From: Stegostoma tigrinum
Lineage: Eukaryota
DNA: 64,000 nt
NCBI RefSeq assembly: GCF_030684315.1
Contig: NC_081374.1
Location: 27,073,978 to 27,137,977 of the forward strand
Direction: 5' to 3'
In this document: positions 1 to 11,992 of the stretch, one piece after another
Position numbering within the stretch: the stretch's first letter is position 1
Layout of the letters: the number at the start of each line of letters is the position of its first letter
Made by a program: the position numbers and the translations under genes
The notes under the pieces: model-generated
The model's database searches: none
Told to the model about the DNA's origin: nothing
What the model saw: the letters and a program-made list of their open reading frames with translations, nothing else

Positions 1-2090
1 AAGTTTAAAAATGGGGTAATTTGGAACATTACACAATGACGCACAGTAAATTCAAGAATAACTTCCTTTATAAAAGGAAAAACTAATGAACTGAAGACCA
101 TCTTAAAAGCTTAACAGTCATCTTTTCTAAACCAGCAAAAGGTAAGACCTGCAATAAAGTATTACCTCACATTTGCCACTTCTGGCAAAGCATAATAAAT
201 CATTCACAGATGTCCAGGTAATTAAAGAAAGAAAGTGACTGTGGCTGCTGACTCTTTATTCAAAGCTTAAGATCAAAAGAAGAAATACAATCTAAATTCC
301 AAACCATGTCACATGGTGCATCCACAGAAGCAAAATAAGTGGTATTTTTGTCTGAAGTCTTTCATCAACTATCAACAGAGCCTGAAAGATTCTGAATGCT
401 TCTCAATCCAGTTTGATAAATCCATCAATATGGCCAACATAGCCCAGGTGTTTGTGATGTCCTTAAAACCCATGTGCACAAAAAAAACAAAGAAAGAAGA
501 TCTTCACCCTTTTACCCCTTAAAAGGGAGGAGGATATCCATAATGAATTCGAAAGGTATATGCTAGAAAAAAACTATTCCAATCAAGAAAATATTTTTAT
601 CACACCTGAAGATTAAGTCATATTTGGCACAAATGCAGGTTGTTACATTTTGCAGAAATTATCTTCATTCTTTTTTTGAAAATCAACTAACAAGCATTAT
701 CAAAAAAATTATAGATATTTTTCATGCAATGAAAATTGTTAATTTTGTAAATATAATTTCACCACCACTCAGTTTAATCCTCGCTCAACGAACTGAATGC
801 TACCCATGGTAAACTAAGATACCAAGAATTGCAGATGCTCGAGTCAGAGGATAAGAGTGTGGAGCTGGAGGAACACAGCAGGTCAGGCAGCATCAGGTGA
901 GTAGGAAAGTCAACTTTCCTACCACTCTGATGCTGCCTGACCTGATGTGTTCCTCCAGCTGCAGTGTGTCAACCATAGCAAACTAATCCTATGTGTTGAA
1001 ATGAGGTGATTAAGTAACGGAAAGGTGCTGCAAAGACTTTTTAGATCTGATGTCTAAAATTGTCAATTTTCTTAAAATCAAGGAGGACTGAAATGTATAG
1101 TTAGCTGCCAGACAATGCACAATTAATTGACTTCAGGTTCTTTAATAACTTAAAGCTGACCCGTGGGGAAACCATGTGATCAAAGTTGCAAATGCAATTA
1201 AATTGAAAGTCAGTCTGTGGCCCTCCCAATTAATAAATAAAATGCCGGAACGCTTACAGCTCAGAGGAAATACTAGGGAAAAAAAACACCAAATGACAAA
1301 GAAAACAAATGTTCACCCATTAAATCTGTGCACACCAGAGGAATTCAACAGATAACTTCAGGAATTAGATGCAATGGACCATATCATGTCAGTCTCAAAT
1401 CCATTCCTTCTAGCAGACACTGGTGGGCTGGCTTCCAAATTCAATCATGTGTTTGCTTTACAAAACAGTGGAGTTAACATGGAGATAATTAACATGCAAA
1501 GTGATATTGAACTGAAGGTCACATTAGAGGGACAGCGATCTTCGAAGACTCAAAGACAAACATTCCCCGTCATCCTGCACTTTTAAAATTAAAGCTTACT
1601 TTGGTTCCACATACCTGAGACAACGCTCTCTCAAACAAACATTATCAAGTTAAAGAATCACATCTGCCTCTCAGATATGCATTTGTTAGGCTGTACACAA
1701 CTAGTAGCCTCAAACTACACCTCAGATTTCAAGGAACTGGCAGATAATGTGTAACTGTAGAGGTCACATTGAGACTTGAGCAGAGAACAAAGTGAATAAT
1801 TATATATATAATTGATTTAAAATTTATGGAGTAAAGCAAAGCTGTTTATGCTAACGTGGCTAGATAGCCCAGGGCCCAAATGGCTAGGCCAGAAACCAAG
1901 ATGGCCAACCTCTGAGCTGCCAGTCCCGATGGGACTTTCAGGAAGGGTGAAATGCAATCCATCTGCACAAGACAGGCAGGCAAGGGCAAGCCCAAGCTGT
2001 CTCTGAAAAACAAGGCCTGTTTGTATATTGGAGGCATAAATGAAACTTGTCATGGTTGGCAAGACGTAACAAGTGGTTTTCCCACCCCGT
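1..2090 (+). mobile_element. Decayed hAT (Charlie/SPIN/GTF2IRD2-like) DNA transposon
   Basis: Frameshifted fragments read FSIQFDKSIN (FSLQxDESTD), LILCVEMR*LSNGKVLQR (LLLHTEVRWLSRGKVL) and AYFGSTYL...NYTSDFKELAD...SH* ending ~1772 (hAT dimerisation domain). Possible TIR remnant TTCCCACCCC near 2080-2090. The left end may extend outside the window. Confidence 0.8.
818..972. mobile_element. Short fold-back PLE terminus inserted in the hAT transposase
   Basis: Inverted repeat gctggaggaacacagcaggtcaggcagcatcag / ctgatgctgcctgacctgatgtgttcctccagc. TSD ccatggtaaactaa 804-817 / ccatagcaaactaa 973-986. Removing the insert restores ...NATHGKLILCVEMR. Confidence 0.85.
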
Positions 2091-2149
2091 CCCCCCAGGG
2101 ATTGATGCTAGAACCTCAGCTGTTCAATGATTTACATAGATGATAGGAG

Positions 2150-3120
2150 GTTTGTTTGTGGAATTTGCCAGAGTGACAAATACATAAGACAGTAAGTTGT
2201 AAAGAGGACAAATGGAGGCTACAAAAAGATATAGATGGGTTAAGTGAATGGGGAAGGATACAGCAAATAGGATAGAACATAGAACATAGAACATAGAACA
2301 GTACAGCACAGAACAGGCCCTTCAGCCCACAATGTTGTGCCGACCATTGATATAATGTGGAAAAATGTGAGGTTGCCCATTTTGGCACAAAATTATGAAA
2401 ACAGCATATTATCTAAACAATGAGAGATGCAGAGTGCTAAAATGCTTTAGTGATGTGCGCCCTCACGCATGAAATCATAAATTAGTGTGCAGATACAGCA
2501 AGTACCTAGGAAAGGACATGAATTATCTTGAGGGGGTGGAACACAAAAGCAGGGATTTATGCTTCAGTTATACAAATACCGATGTGACTGTATTTGTAGT
2601 ACTTTGCAAAATCACCTTCATCAAGAACGTAAATTGACTGCAAGCAGTTCATAGAAGGCTTCCCAGACAATTACTGTGAATGCAAGGTTTGCCTTGAGGA
2701 AAGGTTGGAAGGTTAGTCTTGTAGCGACTGGAATTTAGTATAGTAAGAGCATCCTGACTGTAATTTAAGATCCTGAGGGCTCTTGACTAGGTAAATGTGG
2801 AGAGGATGTTTCTTCTAATGGGATTATTTTAGACAGGGGTCACTGTTTAAGAATCAGCCATCACATTTAAAAAGAGAGAGGTGAATCAGAATTTCTCAGA
2901 GGGCCACGTGTCTTTGGAACTCACCCTGAAAAGATGTTAGAAGCAGAATCCTTGAATATTTTTGCGGTCTAGATACAATCTTATTAAGCAAGACGGTGAG
3001 AGGTCATCAGGCTAAGCAGGAATGCGGATTTGAGATTATAACCAGATACCTTGATCTTATTGAATAGCAGAGCAGGTTAGTGGGATGAATGGACTATCCC
3101 TGCTCCAAATTCATAATTTC
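2150..3120 (+). mobile_element. Decayed CR1 LINE 3' fragment with a nested minus-strand CR1-type tail at ~2272-2346
   Basis: Recognisable CR1 RT C-terminal and 3' UTR similarity to other copies in the window. The nested piece has a (TAGAACA)n tail. Confidence 0.75.
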
Positions 3121-3199
3121 AAATGGATGTTTGTATTGCATGCTTAAAACAGATGGTTCATTTTTCTGGTGTAACAAAATCAAAACTCCTCTACAAGAA

Positions 3200-3336
3200 C
3201 AAAACCAAGTTACTGGAAAAGCTCAGCAGGTCTGGCAGCTGTGAGGAAAAAAAAAGGTAACGTTTCGGGTCTGGTGACCCTTACTTGGAACATGTTTTTT
3301 TGTTTCTGATTCACAGCATCTGCAGTTCTTTCGGGC
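3200..3336. mobile_element. Short inverted PLE terminus (family B)
   Basis: Perfect 14-bp TSD ctcctctacaagaa at 3186-3199 and 3337-3350. A minus arm with hammerhead-like GGGTCACCAGACCCGAAACGTT is followed by only the terminal ~45 nt on plus. Confidence 0.85.
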
Positions 3337-4854
3337 CTCCTCTACAAGAAACTCAACACACTTTTTCATGGGGAGCAGTTAGTATTTAAAGTAACATAAG
3401 TATTTCACATGGTGATGGATAAACATGGAGATAGGGAACTCTTGTTGAAGGTCGATGAATAATCTAATCCAACAAGCCCCTCATTACCCACTGATACCCT
3501 AAGAGGTTCTGTTCTCAATGTCAAAAGTAATTTATAGTAGTATCTCATCCTCTCTACATAACAAAGCACCCGAGTCATGAATGACCTCAAGCCCAATACC
3601 AAACACCCTCACGCTAAAATATACAGTTCTAAAATTATGTTAGACTTGTTGCATTTCGCTACATGGATGATGAGCATCTTCAACCATTTGAAACAGATGC
3701 AAGAACATATATTCTTAAATACAAAAATAAAAGTGCCAAGTTTTATTGGTTGGATAACTCATTCTTCTGAAACAGAATATCACAGCTGAGATTATGATTT
3801 TACCATAACCTCCCCCACTACCTCACATTGTGTTTATGATATCTAAGTACTTGATAATATCTAAGATTCAAAGTCAAATACATTTCAATCCCTAATGCCA
3901 GGTGCTGCCAGGTTTCCCCAATCAACTAAATACACTGACATTGATTTACAACTTAGAATCTACTTGGCGCAAAATATATTGGGTTGCAAAACATACTTTC
4001 AGAACTCTTTTTTTCAGTCAAAGTAACCTTCCTAAATTTAGGCTACAAGTAGGAACTATTTCAGATAAGAGTAATGCTTGATTCAGCTTCCATTTTATGC
4101 AGGAAAAAAAGAAAAATCTTTGCAGAAATCTAATGGACTCTGCCAAAACATTCGCGACTCAAGCTGTTCAGCGACCTGGGAAGCAAACAGTTGTTGGCAG
4201 GCAGAAAACTTTCAAACAACAACTGATCACTAGTCGGCTGACCAATCAATAACTTACTCCTAGCCACTGGATGTGTATGACGAGAGCTTCGGCTTCAGCT
4301 CATCTGCAAACTCTTTCTACTACTTCTTGAAAAGGCAGCAGCATAAACAGTACTCACGAGTTTCAGATTACTTGCATTTAAAAATTTCAGCAATCCTTCA
4401 ACAATCCTCAGGTGTTTAAAAAAGTTCCTTTCCCATTTCAGTTCATAATCAGACAAAAGGAGCAAAGAGATATATGATCTTTACATGTCAGACTGGATTT
4501 AAATGACAATTGAGGGGATTAGAATTTGGGATGAATTCCTCACACAACCTTTCTCCATTATTTTACTTGTTAGCCGTACAATTATAAATATTAATTTTCC
4601 ATTTTACTTTCCACAGACATGTTTTTTTTGCAGGACACAGTTTCCCCCAGTGATGAGTCTGCAATTCTTAACCTATGAAGAAGTGAATATTTTCCATGAT
4701 TTTGACTTAACTGAGGTGCAAATTCCTTGACTACTTGTTAGAACAATCTTAATTAAAACATGTACATCGCATCAGATTATAAAAGGCTGTTAGTTAGCTA
4801 TGCTAATTCTAACCTCCTTTAAAAATGCCTGCACATTAGTGACTCAAAAATAGT

Positions 4855-6637
4855 ATCAGTGATAACGGGAACTGCAGCTGCTGGAGAATCCAAGATAAAG
4901 TGTGAAGCTGGATGATCACAGCAGGCCAAGCAGCATCTCAGGAGCACAAAAGCTGACGTTTCAGGCCTCGACCCTTCATCAGAGAGGGGGATGAGGAGAG
5001 GATTCTGGAATAAATAGGGAGAGAGGGGGAGGCACACCGAAGATGGAGAAAAGCTGATAGGTGAAGGGGAGAGTATAGGTACGGAGGGAATAGGTCAGTC
5101 CAGGGAAGTCGGACAGGTCAAGGAGGCGGGATGAGGTAGGAGGTAGGAAATGGAGATGCAGCTTGAGGTGGGAAGGAAGGGATGGGTGAGGGGAAGAACA
5201 GGTTCGGAAAGCGGAGACAGGCTGGGCTGGTTTTGGGATGCAGTGGGGGGAGGGGACGAGCTGGGCTGGTTTTGGGATGCAGTGGGGGAAAGGGGAGATT
5301 TTGAAGCTTGTGAAGTCCACATTGATACCATTGGGCTGCAGGGTTCCCAAGCGGAATATGAGTTGCTGTTCATGCAACCTTCAGGTGGCAACACTGTGGC
5401 ACTTCAGGAGGCCCATGATGGATATGTCATCTGAGGGAGGAGGGAGTTAAAACGGTTCGCGACTGGGAGGTGCAGTTGTTTACTGTGAACCCATCAGAGG
5501 TGTTCTGCAAAGCAGTCCCCAAGCCTCCGCTTGGTTTCCCCAATGTAGAGGCAGCCACACCGGGTACAATGGATACAATACACAACATTGTCAGATGTGC
5601 AGGTGAACATCTGCTTAATATGGAAAGTCATCTGGGATGGGGGTGAGGGAGGTGGTGTGGGGGCAAGTGTAGCACTTCCTGCGGTTGCAGGGGAAGGTGC
5701 TGGGTGTGGGGGGGTTGGAGGGGGGTGTGGAGCGGACAAGGGAGTCATGGAGAGAGTGGTCTCTCCAGAAGGCAGACCAGGGTGGGGATGGAAAAAAGGC
5801 TTGGGTAGTGGGGTCAGATTGTAGATGGCGGAAGTGTCGGAGGATGATGCGTTGTACCCGGGAGGTTGGTGGGGTGGTATGTGAGAACAAGGGGCATCCT
5901 CTTGGGGTGGTTGTGGTGGGGGCAGGGCGTGAGGGATGTGTTGCGGGAAATACGGGAGACGCGGTCAAGGGCGTTCTCGACCACTGTGGGGGGAAAGTTG
6001 CGGTCCTTGAAGAACGCGGACATCTGGGAGGTGCAGGAGTGGAATGCCTCATCCTGGGAGCAGATGCGGCAGAGGCGGAGGAATTGGGAATAGGGGATGG
6101 AATTTTTGCAGGAGGGTGGGTGGGAGGAGGTGTATTCTAGGTAGCTGTGGGAGTCAGTGGGCTTCAAATGGACATCAGTTTCTAGCTGGTTACCTGAGAT
6201 GGAGATTCAGAGGTCCAGGAAGGTGAGGGATGTGTTGGAGATGGCCCAGCTGAACTTGAGGTTGGGGTGGAATGTGTTGGTGAAGTGGATGAACTGTTCA
6301 AGCTCCTCTGGGGAGAAAGAGGTGGCACCGATACAGTCAATGCAACGGGGAGGAAGAGGTGGGGTTTGGGGCCTGTGCAGGTGCGGAAGAGGGGCTGTTC
6401 CACGTAACCTACAAAGAGGCAGGCATGGCTGGGGCCCATGCGGGTACCCATGGCCACCCCCTTTGTCTGCAGGAAGTGGGAGGAATCAAAAGAGAAGTTG
6501 TGGAGGGCGAGTATGGGTTCGGCTTGGCGGCTGAGGGTGTCGGTGGAGGTGGATTGATCGGACCTGCAGGACAGGAAGTGGAGGGCCTAGAGGCCTTCTG
6601 TGTGAGGGATACAGGTGTACAGGGACTGGACGTTCAT
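4855..6637 (-). mobile_element. Penelope-like element (Neptune-like, family A), left arm of a 4.1-kb head-to-head inverted insertion
   Basis: Frameshifted RT pieces (MNVQSLYT, AMGTRMGPS, KPTDSHSYL), Cys linker CNRRKCYTC, GIY-YIG VVYCIHC...LYIGET. Complete 3' terminus at 4855. Confidence 0.93.
4952..4984 (-). ncRNA. Minimal type I hammerhead ribozyme-like motif in PLE terminus
   Basis: Minus strand CT-CTGATGA-AGGGTCGAGGCCT-GAAAC-GTC-AG: both catalytic boxes, a stem II, a palindromic ACGT stem III and a GUC site. Activity untested. Confidence 0.7.
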
Positions 6638-8935
6638 CAAATGCCTCAACCTCTCCACCCCTCTCACCCACTCGATCCTCTCCCCCACAGAACGGGCAGC
6701 CCTCCACTCCTTCCGCTCCAACCCCAACCTCACCATCAAACCCGCAGACAAGGGAGGCACAGTGGTAGTATGGCACACTGACCTCTACACCGCCAAGGAC
6801 AAACGCCAACTCTCCGACACCACCTCCTACCGCCCACTTGATCATGACCCCACCCCCGAGCACCAAACCATCATCTTCAACACCATCCGTGACCTCATCA
6901 CCTCAGGGGACCTCCCACCCATAGCCTCCAACCTTATTGTTCCCCAACCCCACGCGGCCCGTTTCTATCTCCTTACCAAAATCCACAAACCTGCCTGCCC
7001 TGGTCGACCCATTGTCTCAGCCTGTTCCTGTCCCACCGAACTCATGTCCACCTATCTGGGCTCCATTTTCTCCCCTTTGGTCCAGGAACTCCCTACCTAC
7101 GTCCGTGACACCACCCACACCCTCAACCTCCTCCAGGACTTCATATTCCCTGGCCCCCAACAACTCATTTTCACCATAGACGCGCAGTCCCTATACACCG
7201 GTATTCCTCATGCAGTAGGCCTCAAGGCCCTCCGCTTCTTCCTGTCCCGTAGGCCCGAACAATCCCCCACCACCGACACCCTCATCAGCCTAGCCGAACT
7301 CGTCCTCACACTCAACAATTTCTCTTTCGATTCCTCCCATTTCCTACAGACTAAGGGGGTGGCCATGGGTACCTGCATGAGCCCAAGCTATGCCTGCCTC
7401 TTTGTAGGTTACATAGAACAGTCCCTCTTCCACACCTACACAGGCCCCAAACTCCAACTCTTCCTCCATTACATTGATGACTGTATCGGCGCCGCCTCTT
7501 GCTCCCCAGAGGAGCTTGAACAGTTCATCCACTTCACCAACACCTTCCACCCCAACCTCAAGTTCACCTGGGCCATCTCCAACACATCCCTCACCTTCCT
7601 GGACCTCCGAGTCTCCATCTCAGGTAACCAGCTAGAAACTGATGTCCATTTGAAGCCCACTGGCTCCCACAGCTACCTAGAATAGACCTCCTCCCACCCA
7701 CCCTCCTGCAAAAATTCCATCCCCTATTCCCAATTCCTCCGCCTCTGCCGCATCTGCTCCCAGGATGAGGCATTCCACTCCTGCACATCCCAGATGTCCA
7801 CGTTCTTCAAGGACCGCAATTCTCCCCCCCACCCCGCAGTGGTCGAGAACGCCCTTGACCACGTCTCCCACATTTCCCGTCATACGTCCCTCACACCCCG
7901 CCCCCGCCACAACCGCCCCAAGACGATGCCCCTTGTTCTCACATACCACCCCACCAACCTCCCGGGTACAACGCATCATCCTCCGACACTTCCGCCATCT
8001 ACAATCTGACCCCACTACCCAAGCCATTTTTCCATCCCCACCCTGGTCTGCCTTCTGAACAGACCATTCTCTCCATGACTCCCTTGTCCGCTCCACACTT
8101 CCCTCCAACCCCGGCACCTTCCCCTGCAACCACAGGAAGTGCTACACTTGCCCCCACACCACCTCCCTCACCCCCATCCCAGGCCCCAAGATGACTTTCC
8201 ATATTAAGCAAATGTTCACCTGCACACCTGACAATGTGGTATACTGTATCCATTGTGGCTTCCTCTACATTGGGGAAACCAAGCGGAGGCTTGGGGACTG
8301 CTTTGCAGAACACCTGACGGGTTCGCAATAAGCAACGGCACCTCCCAGTCGCAAACCATTTTAACTCCCCCTCCCATTTCTCAGACATGGCCATCGCCAT
8401 CATGGACCTCCTGCAGTGCCACAATGATGCCACCCAAAGGGTGCAGGAACAGCAACTCATTCCGCTTGGGAACCCTGCAGCCCAATGGTATCAACGTGGA
8501 CTTCACAAGCTTCAAAATCTCCCCACTGCATCCCAAAACCAGCCCAGTTCTTCCCCTTGCCCCAGAGCATCACAAAACCAGCCCAGCTCATCCCCTTCCC
8601 CACCATCCCCCCACTGCATCCCAAAACCAGCCCAGCCTGTCTCCGCTTCCCTAACCTGTTCTTCCTCTCACCTATCCCCTCCTCCCACCTCAAGCCGCAC
8701 CTCCATTTCCTACCTACTACCTCATCCCGCCTCCTTGACCTGTCCGTCTTCCCTGGACTGACCTATCCCCTCCCTACCTATACTCTCCTCTCCACCTCCC
8801 CCCTCTCCCTATTTATTCCAGAACCCTCACCCCAGCCCCTGCTCTGATGAAGGGTCTAGGCCCAAAACGTCAGCTTGTGCGCTCTGGAGATGCTGTTTGG
8901 CCTGCTGAGTTCGTCCAGCTTCACGCTTTGTTATC
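6635..8935 (+). mobile_element. Penelope-like element (family A), right arm; RT ORF 6615..7685 plus frameshifted GIY-YIG endonuclease
   Basis: 356-aa ORF with IKPADKGG, KIHKP..GRPIVS, DAQSLYT, GVAMG and YIDD. Reverse complement of the left arm over ~1.75 kb. TSD agtgactcaaaaatagt 4838-4854 / agtgattcaaaaaaatagt 8936-8954. Confidence 0.93.
8841..8874 (+). ncRNA. Degenerate hammerhead motif of the right PLE arm
   Basis: GCT-CTGATGA-AGGGTCTAGGCCC-AAAAC-GTC-AGC. The GAAA box is mutated to AAAA, consistent with CpG decay. Confidence 0.6.
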
Positions 8936-9391
8936 AGTGATTCAAAAAAATAGTCAGCTTGTCTCATTTGATCATGCAATCAAAAAAATAAACCTTTTCT
9001 TGCAGCCTTTTCAATAATGTATATTAATAGCAGCAACACAAAAATATAGTGAGAAATAATACAACCAACTCATTTGAAAAGTAATTCAGGAAAGGCTAGG
9101 AGGACATTGCACAAGGCTACAAAGTCAGAAAAATCAATATCAAACTTGATATCCTCCATGATTTCATAATTTTACTAGAACTATCGCTACCCTATTTTGC
9201 AAACAAAAAAGTAGCCATAACAAATCCAACTTTTGGGTTACTGACTACTTTTGCTTTAAAATAAGTTGACTTGCTTAATGAATTGTGTTGGTTAAAGAAA
9301 TGAAATAGATAACAATCTTGCTACATGAAGTCCCGTGTTGGCAAACAATAAGTCCACAAAAAGAATAAGTTTGTAAAGTGAGCACACTTAC

Positions 9392-9450
9392 ACATCAGTA
9401 AAATCTTGTAATGTTGTTGCTGGTGTGAAAACATCCAATAGGCCAATTAC
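9392..9450 (-). CDS. MAPK14: p38-alpha coding exon 3 (59 nt): VIGLLDVFTPATTLQDFTD(V)
   Basis: Manual translation gives VIGLLDVFTPA, which follows KHEN in p38 kinases. Acceptor ...cacctAG at 9452-9451, donor GTAAGT at 9391-9386. The 116/130/59 exon sizes match the vertebrate p38 structure. Confidence 0.95.
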
Positions 9451-10020
9451 CTAGGTGAACACAAACCCAAGTCAAGGGATAAAACGTAAAGATGCAGAGG
9501 TTTTATTTCAGATGCATAAGCTCAATATGTTGGAAAAAGTCTTTTACACTTTCTGATGGGATCAATCGTATTTTTCCTATTAGTTATTCAGGCACTAGTG
9601 ATACCATTTTGTTTATAGTTTCTGAAAGACTTTACCAAAGACAAAACTTACATAAATTGACTTTTCCGTCTACAATGACATGTGGCAAACACAGTTGAAC
9701 AATAATTAGTGATCAATCCCATGAATATCAATCCAGCTGTTTCTTAAAACCCTTGACAGAGCAGATTTGCAAATAAAATTCTGTGCAAGTTTGCTTCCCC
9801 ACTCTAAAAAGGTCACATTGTCCAAGAAAAGCAAAACTTGAAGAACGTGAGTTAAATTGAGTATCCAGCAATTTTAAAACCACATATAAATTGCATATTT
9901 CTGGGCAGTTTAACAATGAGGAAATTGCTGGAATGCTATATAGTCATACTTAATTGACTAAACACAGGCAAGTTCTGCATATATGAAAGCAAATGTTCCA
10001 TATAGAAAGACATCACATTT

Positions 10021-10611
10021 AGCGAGTTTTGGAGAAGATTTGTAGCTCAGGTTGAGGTTCTGGATGTGAGTTTGCTCACCGAGCAGGAAGGTTCGTTTTC
10101 AGACGTTTCGTCACCATTCTAGGTAACATCAGTGAGCCTCCGGTGAAGCGCTGGTCTTATGTCCCGCTTTCTATTTACATGTTTAGGTTTCCTTGGGTTG
10201 GTGATGTCATTTCCTCTTTTTTTTCCCCCCTCAGGAGGATGGTAGGTAGGCTCCAAATCAGTGTTTGTTGACGGAGTTCCGGTTGGAATGCCATGCTTCT
10301 AGGAATTCTCATGCATGTCTCTGTTCAGCTTGTCCTAGGAAGCCAAACACAGACACGCACGAGAATTCCTAGAAGCATAGCATTCCAACCGGAACTCCAT
10401 CAACAAACACTGATTTGGAGCCTACCTACCATCCTCTGAGGGGGGAAAAAAAAGAGGAAATGACATCACCAACCCAAGGAAACCTAAACATATAAATAGA
10501 AAGCGGGACATAAGACCAGCGCTTCACCGGAGGCTCACTGATGTTACCTAGAATGGTGACGAAACGTCTGAAAACGAACCTTCCAGCTCGGCGAGCAAAC
10601 TCACATCCGGT
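10021..10611. mobile_element. ~590-bp palindromic PLE insertion (Poseidon-like, family C) in MAPK14 intron 2
   Basis: Arms 10062-~10335 and ~10336-10608 are near-perfect reverse complements. They encode the GIY-YIG C-terminal motif AREFLEAWHS, as also seen at 46470-46730. TSD catcacattt 10011-10020 / catcacgttt 10612-10621. Confidence 0.9.
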
Positions 10612-11992
10612 CATCACGTTTGACAAGGTGCCCAGGCAAATCAATCTGTTGGCTACAACTTCATCCTGAAGGGGGATCAAAAATTCCTAAGCAAGTACGA
10701 TGAACTGGGAAGTAGGATAGTCAACACCCCACTTATTCGCTTCAAAATAAGTAGTTTTCGAAAACAATTAGTGTGCATGAATACTTCATGAATGATTCAA
10801 AATGTCCAAGAATAGGACAGGAGCCTTCAGTTTACTGGATATTTGTACAAAATCAAAAGATCATTTTTAAAATAAAAACAAATGCAATTTGTTTCCAGAT
10901 TCAACTAGGGGAGGACGTGTCCATATGCACTCCACCAGGACTGAAATTCAAAACAGGGCCATACATTTGATGTAACAAGAGAGAGTGAGACACACAATGA
11001 ATGATTAAATAGCTGCAAGGAAAGATGCTCTCGGGAAATAGGAGGAGTGTGCAGACAGCTCACCAAAATGTGCAACAGTGGGTCGTGTACACTGGCATTG
11101 GAGATAAGTGAGTTATGTTTGGACGTGTCATTGTGGTAGAGAGGATTGCAGGATTTAGCAGAAGTGGGAATGTGATTCAGAAAGAAGAGTTAACTTGCAC
11201 TGCGGGCAGAAACTAGAGTGCTGGTTTGGGATGGAAAAAAAAAATGTTAGGACAGTGGGACATTATGGGGTATGGAACATGTTGCATCCCGATAGGAAAA
11301 CATTCCCAGTATAGGAAATATGGGATGGCAATCCCAAGATCTCTCCAGATTTGAAGCTTTCACTAGACTAGGCGAAAAGAAGCAGCCAGCAGGATCAGTA
11401 ATGAAAGGAACAGATTAAAGCTGAGAAAAGAAACAAAGAAGTAGTGATTTTCTTTAAAGCAGCAAGTTCCTACTATCTGAAATGCACACAGTCTTAAATG
11501 GCATTAATGGCAGATTCAAAATTACTTTCAAAAAGGGAATGGAATATAATTGAAAATAAAACCATCTACAAGGATACAGACAAACAGACAGCAATGCAAC
11601 AAATGAGCTGTTTGACAGCAATGTAACAAATAGCTTCCTTTTCTTCTCAATTATGCTCTGAACAATTTAAGTCACAGATTAAGTTTAGAGTAAATTTACA
11701 CACCTATCAATTTTAGTAAATCTGAGACCATTAAGCTCATCAGATAAAAATAATCTACTTCAAATTGTCTTCAAAATTTCCATAGTGCAGTATTTTATAC
11801 CATTTATAAAATGTTTAAGTAGCAACTTTATAGTATTTACAATATTTTAGAAGTGAAGTTACATACCAAATGGATAAATGTAACAAAGTCCAACATTCAC
11901 AAAAATCAAGTTATTGGTTTCATTATTCGAATAGTTCTTTTAGGTTGGCAGAATAAGTTATCTATTTGTACTCGGTTATATTGAGTACTTAC

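Noticed and set aside
6615-7685. 356-aa ORF as a host or domesticated gene
   Set aside because: It is a PLE RT fragment whose start lies across the inversion junction and which ends at a premature TAG (the other arm has TAC). No promoter or splice context.
1-9391. MAPK14 exon 4 (YLVTHLMGADL...)
   Set aside because: No matching minus-strand sequence found by eye; it probably lies left of the window.
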